Positions 51,130 through 64,000 of a stretch of DNA of 64,000 nucleotides are shown here, one piece after another. Where the stretch lies: the NCBI RefSeq assembly GCF_009914755.1, contig NC_060937.1; one strand, given 5' to 3'. Position 1 is the stretch's first letter; every line of letters starts with the position of its first letter. Below the pieces are notes generated by a model. That model had not been told where the DNA came from. It did not search any database and saw only the letters and a list, made by a program, of their open reading frames with translations. Both the position numbers and the translations under genes were made by a program. This DNA comes from the human T2T-CHM13v2.0 reference genome, Homo sapiens.

Positions 51130-52670
51130 ACCTTTCCCCTATAGGTAAAGTGTCATTTTTCTCTCACTGCTGTCAACATTTTCTGAAATTTATTTTCATA
51201 AGTTTGACTATTATATGTGCTGGTATGGATTTGTTTGGATTTATCTCTTTTGGTTGGCTCGGCTTGTTGAATCTACAGTTTGTGTTTTTTGGCAAATTGG
51301 GAAAGTTTTCAGCCAAATTTTTCTGGCCTATTCTCTCTCTTCTCCTTCCAGGACTCTGGTGACATGAAGGTTAGCTGTTTGGTTATGTTCCCAAAGGTCC
51401 TTGAAACCTGATCACGTTTGTCAGTCTGTTTCCTCTCTATTGTTCAAATTGGGTAATTTCTATTGTTTTGTCTTTCAGTCCACTGATTCTTTCTTCTGTC
51501 CCTTCCTGTTTGCTGTTAAGCCTATCCCTAGAGGTTTTTACATTTCAGTTTTGTATATTTAATTTCTAAAATTTCTAGCTGGATGTTTCTTGTACTTTCT
51601 ATTTCTTTGCTGGGATTTTCTGTTTATTTTGCTGAGTTTTTATTTTTCCATTTGTTTCAGGCATGTTTGTAATTGCTCCCTGAAGAAATCATATGATGGA
51701 TGCTTTAAAATCTCTCGGATAATTCTAAGATTTCTATTTTCTTGATGTTGACATCAATTGACTGTATTTTTTCATTCAGTTTAAGATCTTCCTGGTTTTT
51801 GATATATATGACGAAGATTTTCAATTGAAACCTAGATGTTTTGGTTATTAGGTTATGAGACTCTGGATATCATTTAAACTTTCTGTTTTATCTGGTTTCC
51901 TCTGACATACCTCCAACAGGGGAAAGGAGGTATTGCGTCATTACTGCAAGATGGGGGATAAAGTACCAGTTGCACACTTGACCTCTGTTGACAGCCAAGG
52001 AGGAGCTCCTTGTTACAGCTGGGAAAGGGTGAGAGTTCTGACCCTCCCGTAGACCTTTCCTGATACTTTCCTGGCATGAAGGAATTGGAATGCCTTCTGC
52101 CATCCACATCGTCTCCACTGACACTATGAAAAGAGGGAAGGACTTCATTACTGCCTGGCAGAAATGAAAGTCCTGGCTTCCTACCTGGCCTCCTCTGACA
52201 CTACCCTTATAGGGGATTTGGGGTACTTCACTACTGTCTGGGAGTTGAGGCTCCCTACTCGGCCTTTGCCGGCATGGGTGAGCGTGAGGCCACATTTTTA
52301 CTATGGTGTCAACATTTTGTCTTGTTAAGTTGCTCCTTTCCTGGTCTTTTGACTGGAGAGAACAGGCTTTGGTTGGGGTTTTTGTTTTTTGTTTTTTTTT
52401 GGTTTTTTGAGTTTTTTTGTCAGTGTCCATTGATCTTTCTGGGTTTCTGGCTTCTTCTGTCGAAGCCCCAGATGTATGAGATAAATGGAAAACTCAGGGA
52501 ACTCACCACCATGTTGTTCTATGGGTTCCAAGAACACTAGCCCAGTCTGCTTTCTTCTCCCAAACTTTCAGAGTCTTCGTAGGTTTTTTCTTTATATAAT
52601 GCCCAAAGTTGTTTGTTGTTCTTAGCAGGAAAAATGGGGAAAAGTATATCTACTCCATCTTCCCAGAAAT
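51130..52670 (-). mobile_element. Old L1M 5'/ORF1 region
   Basis: T-rich antisense L1 ORF1-like and 5'UTR-like sequence. Confidence 0.65.
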
Positions 52671-53434
52671 CAAACTCTGTAATTGCACTTTAAAAAATCC
52701 GGAAGTTACCACCAAACTATTAAAATAATTACCATTGGGAATAAAGGTGAAATTTGGAAATGGAGAGGGTTAAATAGACTACATATGTTTCTGTATTATT
52801 TATATTATTTTTAAAAAGATGATGTATTACTTTAACAAGTTCTCATTTTTCCATTTTTAATTAAGTTAAAGTTAACAAAAAAAGATTGGTAAACAAACGT
52901 GAATAGACAAATGTAAAATCAGAGGCTTTTTTACTAAGAAAACTAATAAGGCAGGGGATGAATTATCTTAAAGAGCAATATGTTTTTCCCATTAACAAAA
53001 AGTTAATTGGAAAACCATCTCCTTGCATTTGTGATCATAAGTTTTTCTGAAATTCAAATGGTAGTTTTAAAAGCAGTGGTATATAAGATCTCTTACAGTT
53101 CATTTGCAACCACCCCTTGCAATCTAGCCATGACCTTGAGCCATGGCAGTAATTTTAACATCAGAGAACTAATAGCTTCAAAACAATATGTTTAAGGGTT
53201 CATTATCTTTATTATCTGAATTTTATAGCACATACTTTTTATAGCAATAATAGCAGTCACCTGGCTTCCCTTTATAATAATAATAATAATGTACCATTTT
53301 AATATCTGGTGAGGATAAATTACATCCACTCAATAGTGCTGAGATAATTTTTTTGTGAAAACACAGCTGGCATTTGACAAAACTTGACATTGTGGGCCCA
53401 GATGTAAAATTAGGATAAGAAACAGTGTCTTTAT

Positions 53435-53504
53435 CTGCCATATCTTTAGATCTGTCTCTCTATCCAGATTAGCTGTTGCTATATAACACATCAATTGAGG
53501 TTGA
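53435..53504 (-). pseudogene. ATP8A-like exon, A-domain (DGET)
   Basis: ttttctag|T QPQLMCYIATANLDRETDLKIWQ|ataaag versus ATP8A EPQAMCY.ET.NLDGETNLKIRQ. 70 nt; DGET->DRET; donor GT->AT. Confidence 0.93.
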
Positions 53505-53589
53505 CTAGAAAAATAAAATAAATGATATTGAATTACTATCTCTTCATCAAATTATTTTCCTAATAATGGTAAATATGAAATGTGACTCC

Positions 53590-54006
53590 TAAGGTTTGGA
53601 TGTTTTGTCCCCTCCAAATCTCACGTAGGACTGTGACCACCAATGTTGGTGGTAGGCCTAGGAGGTGGTGTTTGCATCATGGGGGTGGATCCCTCAAGAA
53701 TGTCTTGGTGCTGTCCTTATAGTGATGAGTGAGTTTTCACTCTATAATTTCGTTGCAAGATCTGGTTGTTTAAAGGAGACTGGCACCTCCTCCCTCGCTC
53801 TCTTGCTTCCTCTCTCACCATGTGATATGCTGGCTCCCCTTGGCCTTCCACTGTGATCATAAGTTTCCAGGGGCCTTCACCAGAAGCAGCTGCTGGCACT
53901 ATGTTTCATGTACAGTCTGGAGAATCATGAGCCAAATAAACCTCTTTTCTTTATAAATTACCTAGCCTCAGGTATTTCTTTACAGCAATGCAAACAGACT
54001 AATACA
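53590..54006 (+). mobile_element. MSTB-like MaLR LTR
   Basis: ggtttggatgttttgtcccctccaaatctca..gagccaaataaacctcttttctttataaattacc..gactaataca. Confidence 0.85.
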
Positions 54007-54689
54007 GTGACCTACATCAATAATTGTTCCTCAAAATTAAAAGGACTACAAACAACCACTTCACCAGGAGATGTTTGCAGTCTGATTGGACCAGCCTAAA
54101 ATTCATCTTGCAGAGCAGCTCAGTAGAAAAGCATCTACCCTTATAGTCCTGTGTGATTACTCTTTAACCCCAAGAAGAGAAATTGCTGAGGATGAACAGA
54201 TGTTATATAGATCAGAATAGTCAAATCTAAAATTATGTTGTTTTCTAAAATGGGTCCATTATAATTTCCAAAGGCCCAAGCTCTATGGCCTTTAGAATGA
54301 GAGTACATCTTCCAGAACAAGTGTGAATAGAGCAGACAAAACTACACTTGAGGCTTCTCTGCTTCCATTTAACCTCAACAGTTAGGGGATCAAGGCACTG
54401 AATTAACTAACATTTACCTTGCCAGATTTTATTCCATGTCAAATGACAACACATTTATGAAAATGAGTAATTTTGGAGGAAAAGCCACAAAGAATAACAC
54501 AAATCGTTCACGGAAGTTTATTGGATCTTAAACTCTGACTTCTGTCTTTTGGCTGTGTCTTATTCACTGAAATATCAGGTTTAAAGTAAAACAATCTGTA
54601 TTAATTTAACTGGTTGAGACATATACCCCCAAAAAATGACTAATATGTAATCTAATATCAAAAATATGGCCTCACTGGGGAGGCCAGTG

Positions 54690-56725
54690 ATATGATAAAG
54701 GATCTCCAAAATCCCTTTCCTCTATAAAAAACACAATGAGAAAACTGGCAAAAGTCATCAGAATCAACTTTTTCAAAGCCGTGAAAATGAACCAAAAGCT
54801 TAAAGCAATCCAGGGAGCTTTTATTCAAGAAAAACGGATGAATCTTGGTAAGAGCTGTGAGCTTTGTGATGTTTTAACTTGCTCTATTTCCATCCCCTGC
54901 TTTCTAGCTCAGTGGTAACTTTGAAAAATAACAACTCACATTCTCATTACTGAGGAAGCTAAACAAAGCTACAGCTCCTTCGAAAATCCTCATTCCCAAA
55001 GATCCATTACTGGATCTGTTTGATGGTTCTCTAGAAGACTTCCCCCTGAAAGCTTGTTTTTATTTAACCTCACTAAAGCTTACCCAGTGCTCAAAGCCTC
55101 TTCCTGATGCAGGAGGGTGAAATTTGTTGAAAATGTCTACAGAAAAGTGCATTAATATTGCAGCTGCCTGAGGTGATGGATAGCAATTGGGGTAAATAAT
55201 AGATTAACTAAAGAGCTTTTTTTTTAAAGAAAATTAGAATGAGCAGCAACAAAAACAAATCCTGAAGAGAAGAAAGGTGATTTACAGAATTGCCCATTAT
55301 ATTACTTAAAATGTTCACTTTTCTACAAAAAAAATTATGAGACATGAAAAGATACAAGTAAGTATCTTGCATCTTTCCCATTCACTGAGATAAAAGCAAT
55401 CAATAGAAATTGTCTCAAAGTCTAGACTTTGGGCTTATTAGACAGAACTTTTTATCAGTTATGTTGAGTATCTTCAAAGAGCTAGAAGGAATTATGTTGA
55501 AAGAATTAATATATAAGAATATGTCTCACTAAATTGAGAATATCAATAAAGAGATAGAAATTATAAAAAAAAAAAAACAAATAGAAACTCTGGGGTTGAA
55601 AAGCCCAATAACTGAAACGAGAAATTCACTAGAGAGGCTCAAGAGAAGATTTTAGCAGACAGGAGAAAGACTCAGCAAACTTGGAGATAGATCTACTGAA
55701 ATGACCCAGTGTGTGAAACAGCATGCATAAAAAATTAAGAAAAACAAACAGTCTTAGAGACCTATGAGACAAAATCAAGCATACCAACATAAGCATAATG
55801 AAAATCCTAGAGGAAAGGAGGAAGACACATGAAGAAGAACATTTAAAGAAATAATGGCCAAAAGCTACCCCAATGTGATGGAAAGCATTAATCTACACAC
55901 CCAAGAAGCTTAACAAAATAGGACTCCAAGTGGTATATACTCAAAGAGATGCACACCTAAACAAATTGTAATCAAACTACTGAAAGGCAAAGCCAAGAGA
56001 ATCTTGAAAGCAAGAAAGAAGCTACTAATCACATCTAAGTTACACTAAAAAATATTAACAGCTAATTTCTCAGCAGAAACTTTGGCATAGAGAAGACACT
56101 AGGATGACATATCCAAAGTACTGGAAGGAAAAAATTGTCAACCAATAATTTTATATCGAGTAAAACTGTCCTTCAAAAATGAGGGAATAGTTATGACATT
56201 CCCAAATAAACAAAAACTGAGAGACGTTGTCACTAATAGACTTGCCCTACAATAAATACTAAAGGGGGTTATTCAGCCTGAAATGAAAGGTTACTAAACT
56301 GTATATGAATCCACATGAAGAAAATAAGAATATTCATTAAGACAACTCTATAGGTAAATGGAAAAGACAGTTATATATATTTTTTTCTTTGTAACTCCTT
56401 GTTTTCTCCTCTCTAATTTGAAAGTCAAATGCATAAAGCAATAATTATAAATCAGTGTTCATGGGCAGATGATGAATAAAGATGTAATTTGTGATAATAA
56501 TAGCAAAAAGAGGGAAAAGGGGGTGAAGCTATTTTGGAGCAGGTTTTATATACTATGGAAATTAAAAGGGTATTAATTCAAATGAGATTGTTATAAATTA
56601 AGATTAAGATGCTAATAGTAATCCCCAAGCCAACCACTAAGAAAATAACTAAAAAATATGTAGTTAAAGAAATAACAAGGAATGAAAATGATACTAGAAT
56701 ATATCTATTTAGCATAAAAGAAGGC
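54690..56725 (+). mobile_element. Old L1M 5' end/ORF1
   Basis: A-rich degenerate ORF1 (gaaataatggcc..caagaagct..aaaactgtccttcaaaaatgaggg). Confidence 0.75.
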
Positions 56726-56917
56726 AGGTTTGTTTCTGGATTCTCCACTGTCTTCCATTGGCCTCATTTTTCTAATCTTGTGCCAAATTGTGCTTTTTAA
56801 ACCACCGTAAATTAAATAGTATCACTTCACATCTGGTCAGACGGGTATCCTCAAATTATTCTTCTTCTTTGTAAGCGCCTTGATTATTCTTAGCTATTTG
56901 CTCTTCCAAATACAATT

Positions 56918-57450
56918 ATATTAACCATGTTTTTTAACTTTCTGTATCTTATATGTTTCGACATCTTAAAATTCTTTGCTGTCCAGAGAGAGATTGTCTT
57001 TCCCAGGGCTAGCCAATGCTTACAGATAGCAAAGGACTCTGATGGGGGCTCACCTTTTATATGCAAACTGAACCCCCAACCACTCCATTTCTCCAACTCT
57101 CACACACCAAGCCAATATTTCCCTACCCTAAATCATCCCAGAGTCAGGGACCAGGCAACTAGAGACCACCGCCATAGCCCAGAGCTCACTGGAATTATGA
57201 GGACTGACCATTCCTAAGCTGTTTCCTCTGCCCTGCCTTGCCTTTTTTATGGAAACCCCAATAAATGCTCTGGCCTAGGCTTTTCCCCTCCTTCTTGCTT
57301 CTACCTCCTGACCAAACCTGATGTTTTCCCTGTGGCCCTGTGTGGCATGCCCTCTCTCTCAGAATATTGTTATAAATTCTTTTTTCAGTAGCATTGACCA
57401 CCCTGTGTCACCACTCAGTCACCTCCATAAATTAAAATCCCACGGATACA
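56918..57450 (+). mobile_element. MER74-like ERVL LTR
   Basis: tattaaccatgtttt..cccagggctagccaatgcttacagatagcaaa..ccaataaa. Confidence 0.7.
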
Positions 57451-58132
57451 AATAGGACAATACTTTACAGTCAGCTTGTCAATATCCACCAAAACCTGTT
57501 TAACACTTCGGTTGGAATTGCAATAAACCTCAAGATCAGTTTGAAGGAAATTGACATCTTTATAATATTGACTCTTCCTGTCCAAGAAAATGGTATATTT
57601 CTGCATATATTTAGTCCTTCCTTGCTGTCTTTTAATAAAGTTTTATTATATTCTTTATGAAGGACTTGCAAATATTTCCTTGCATATGTTTACTCTTAAG
57701 TCCTTTATAATTTTTGTTGCTATTTTAAGATGTATCTTACTTTTTTCTTTTCTTTTCATTTTTTCAGAGACTGGGTCTCACTGTGTCCCCCAGGGTGATC
57801 ATAGCTCACTGTAATCTTGAACTCTTGGGCTGAAGCAATCCTTCCACCTCAGCCTCCTGAGTACCTGGGATTACAGGCATGAGCCTGTAATGAACCTGAC
57901 CTTATTTCACTTTTTGACTGATACGTAACTATTGGCATATAAAATGTAACTGACTTTGCAAAATATGTCTACAAACTTGCTAATCTCTTTGTTAATACTT
58001 TCCAATTACTTATGAATATTTTGGGGATGGGGATTAATATAGACAATCTATAATTAATGAATATTAACTTTATACAAATGAGAATTTCATTTCATTTTCT
58101 ATTGCTTATATGCTATTTTTTCCTTTAATCAG

Positions 58133-58310
58133 GTGTTAAAACAAAAACTTCAGCCAAAATTAATTGAAAGGAGTTTAATTGAGCAATGAACGATTCGTGA
58201 ATTGGATGGCCTCCAGAATCACAGCAGACTCAGAGAGACTCCAGCGCAGCCATGTGGTGAAAGATTTATGAACAGCCAAAGGAAAGTGAGGTACAGAAAA
58301 TGGAAGTGAG
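58133..58310 (-). mobile_element. MER57/MER51-like LTR fragment
   Basis: tgttaaa..gagtttaattgagcaatgaacgattcgtgaat..cagagagactccagcgcagcca; truncated against L1. Confidence 0.65.
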
Positions 58311-60800
<2,490 letters not shown>

Positions 60801-60809
60801 TCAACACAG

Positions 60810-63800
60810 CTTATGTTACATGATAAGGGAATAAAAGAAAGAAGAAAACAATACACACACACACATACACACACAAACATATTCATAACAAAGTAAAGAG
60901 GAAATACTCATGATAGGTACAGTCCTCATTTCTGTAACTTGTCATGTGGTTGTAGCTGGTATTTATAACTACCCTCTTCCATAACCCATTCTGTATTTGC
61001 TTTGCCTTCAGCAAGCACTTCAACTAGTTGTGGTTCTCTTTCTGGTAGACTGACCCAAAGCTTTATTCTTAAAGGATCTGGGACATTATTAATTCTGCCT
61101 GAATTAGGGTTTTGTACTTTCTCACTGACCTTAATCATATGTCATGGTAATACTGAGAGATGCCTTAAGGGATCTCCTGTATTCTAGACTCTTCCTTATC
61201 TACACTGTGAAGGAATAGTCCAACTTCCCCTTAGTAGTCAGGATCAATCACCCCATCCAGCAAAGTAACTGTCTTATTTGCCTGTTGATTCAGAAGCATG
61301 AGGAGCCCAAAGTGGCCATATGGCAGCCTAAACTCCCAATTCAGTAGTGGAATCATTGTTATGCCTCCGGATGGAAGCATTCTTCTCTTCAAAACTAAGA
61401 CCTCAGAGCATAAGGTTGTAGGAACAGGAAGAAAACTTTTGCTAGTGACTCACTAGGGGTAATAGCAAGTGGTACTAGTACTATCTTCATTTCCACCACT
61501 TGGTTCATGGACCTGTGACTCCTGGCTAGGGGAGAAACAGCACCATATATTGGATGCTGATGCAGAGAATGTACAGCCTCCTGAAGACCTTGTCCCAGCC
61601 CTGTAAGGTATTGCCACCAATCTGGAGCTGTGACTGAGTCTTCAAAAGCCTATTTTACAATTCTATCAAGCCAGGTCCTTCAGGGTGGTGGTGAACGTGG
61701 TAAGACTAGTGAATTCCATGAGCATGGGCCCATTGCCACACTTCATTCACTGTGAAGTAAGTTCCTTGGTTAGAATCAATGTTGTACGGAATACTATGAC
61801 AGTGGATAAGGCATTCTGTGAGACCACAGATGGTAGTTTTGGCAGAAGCATTGTTTACAGAGAAGGCAAAGCCATGTCCAGAATGTCTATTCCAGTAAGA
61901 ATAAAATGCTGCCCCTTCCATAATGGAAGCAGTCTAATGTAATCAACCTGCCACTAAGTAGATTGCAGATCACCATGAGGAATCCTATCATATCAGGGGG
62001 GCTCAGTGCTGGTCTCTGCTGCTGGCACATTGGGCACTCAGTGACGGCCAATGTTCCACTCTCCATGTCAACCATGGACAGTGGAAGTCCCTGTTGCTGA
62101 ACCCATGCATAACCTCCATCCCTGCCACCATGGCCACTTTGTTTATGGGCTCAATGGGCAACAATAAGGGTGGCTGGGAAAAAAAAGGAAGACTGATATC
62201 TACGCAATGGGTCATCCTATCTACCTGATTATTAAAGTTCTCCTTTGCTGAGGTGACCCCTTGGTAAGCATTCACATGGAAATATCTTCATTTTTTTTTT
62301 TTCACTATTTCAGAGAGGTCTACCCACATACCTCTTCTCCAAATTTCCCTGTCACCAATTTTCCAATTATATTTCTTCCTAGTCCCCAGCCATCCAGCCA
62401 AAACATTGGCTATAGTCCATGAGTCAGTATATAATTGCACATGTGACCATTTCTCCTTCCAAGCAATGTAAACAACCAGGTGCACTCCTTAAAGTTTTGC
62501 CTATTAGGATAAGTTCCAATGACCACTGTCCTTCAAGGATGCCCCAGAAAGGGGATGTAGTGCTGCAGCTGCACACATTCAGGTATTGTCTCCATATTGT
62601 GCAGAACTATCCGTAAACTGTCTTCTCTTCTTCTCTGTCAACTGATCATAGGGATCTCCCGTAAGGCCAGAAGTACAGAATGAGCAAGAAGGCAGTGTAG
62701 CAAGAGTGGGGACCATGGGCATTTGGGCCACTTCTTCATGTAATTTCTTTGTGCTTCAGGGCCTGCTTGGCCCAATTGTGTATATACCACTTCCATTTGG
62801 CAATGGAGTGCTATTGTGCATGCCCAATTTTATGGCTTGGTGGGTCCAGTCAGCATAATGTCTTCAACACCATTGATCAGTGTGATATTTAGTGGAAGGA
62901 AAAGATGATCAAGATTCCTGTGAACCAAATTGTGACACAGAGTTGATATACTCCTGAAGTAGAACAGTGAAACTGTTACTGCTGGCCTTGCTGGTTAAAA
63001 GTGAACTGCTTTGCTGGTCTTTGTCAACAGGAATGAAGGAAAAAGGATTTGCCAGATCAATAGCTGCATACCAGAAACTGAGGGAATGTTAATTTGCTCA
63101 AGTGATAAAATCACATCTGGTGCAACAGCTGAAAGTGGAGTCACCACCTAGTTAAGCTATGATAAGCCGCTGTTATTCTCCAAGATCTATTTGTCTTACG
63201 CTCAGGTGATGGGAATGTGGTGGGAATCACCACTTCTGCATCTTTCAAGTCCTTGATGGGTGATCTGGTTTGGCTTTGTGTCCCCACCCAAATCTCATGT
63301 TGAATTGCAATTCCCAGTGTTGGAGGAGGGGCCTAGTAGGAGGTGACTGAATCATGGGGGGGGGGGGACTTCCCCCTTACTGTTCTTGTGATAGAGTTCT
63401 CCTGAGATCTGCTTGTTTAAAAGTACATAGCACCTCCCCTTCCTTCTTCTCTCTTTGCCTCCTACTCCTGCTGTGTAAGATGTGTTGGCTTCCCCTTCAC
63501 CTTCCACCATGATTGTAAGTTTCCTGAGGCCTCCCCAGAAGCAGAAACCTGTACAGCTTGCAGAAGCATGAGCTAATTAAAACTCTTTTCTTTATAGATT
63601 ATCTAGTCTCAGGTATGTCTCTATACCAGTGTGAGAACAAACTAATACGATGGGGCACTGATCTCTGAAATCACTGCAGGATTGCAGGATTGCTTTTGGT
63701 TTACTATTTTCCTAGGTAGAATGGCAGTTCTAGTGGCTTCCACTTGGCCTTTCCCACCACAATGGACCTCACTCTACAGGTCAGGGAACCAATGTGAGGA

Positions 63801-64000
63801 TTTTTCCAGCTGCTTGTGTATTCCAGAACTGGGGAAATAACCACAGGATGGGTTTGGAGACCCACTGGGCCAACTGTGAGACAGACCTAGACAAAAACTC
63901 CATTGATCACCTGACCTCTATAAACCCCTACTTTAACTGGTAGACCACAGTGACATTTTGGGTCATCTGGAATCAGTGTCCATTCAGAGATAGTGTCCAA
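60810..64000 (-). mobile_element. ERVL internal region (degenerate RT, RNase H, integrase, dUTPase)
   Basis: LYTDSW (RNase H), CPMCQQQRP and DSNQGTYFT..WAHAHGIH (integrase), GVIDPDY*GE (dUTPase, ~61225-61255). Confidence 0.9.
63261..63649 (+). mobile_element. MSTA solo LTR nested in ERVL pol
   Basis: tgatctggtttggctttgtgtccccacccaaatctc..actaatacg; 5-bp TSD atggg (63256-63260 / 63650-63654). Confidence 0.9.

Overview
Primate, almost certainly human, repeat-rich genomic DNA: about 30 Alus including a young AluYd8-type copy, plus L1, L2, MIR, MER41B, MER74, MST and ERVL. There is no intact protein-coding gene, and nearly every ORF in the track comes from Alu, L1 or ERV sequence. Reading the minus strand by hand reveals an intron-containing pseudogene of an ATP8A2-like P4-ATPase phospholipid flippase. 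I located 12 exons (12581-53504). They carry stops, frameshifts and broken splice sites, altered DGET, PISL and DKTGT motifs, and two Alus inserted inside coding exons; one exon and a large block of internal exons are missing. A full-length PRUNE1 retrocopy sits in one intron and precisely lacks parental exon 4. From memory this pairing matches ATP8A2P3/PRUNEP1 at 13q12.13 (not verified). The two C-terminal flippase exons, including the GYAFS regulatory tail, remain spliceable and lie just downstream of an L1 5'UTR antisense promoter. Repeat boundaries and subfamily names are by eye and approximate.
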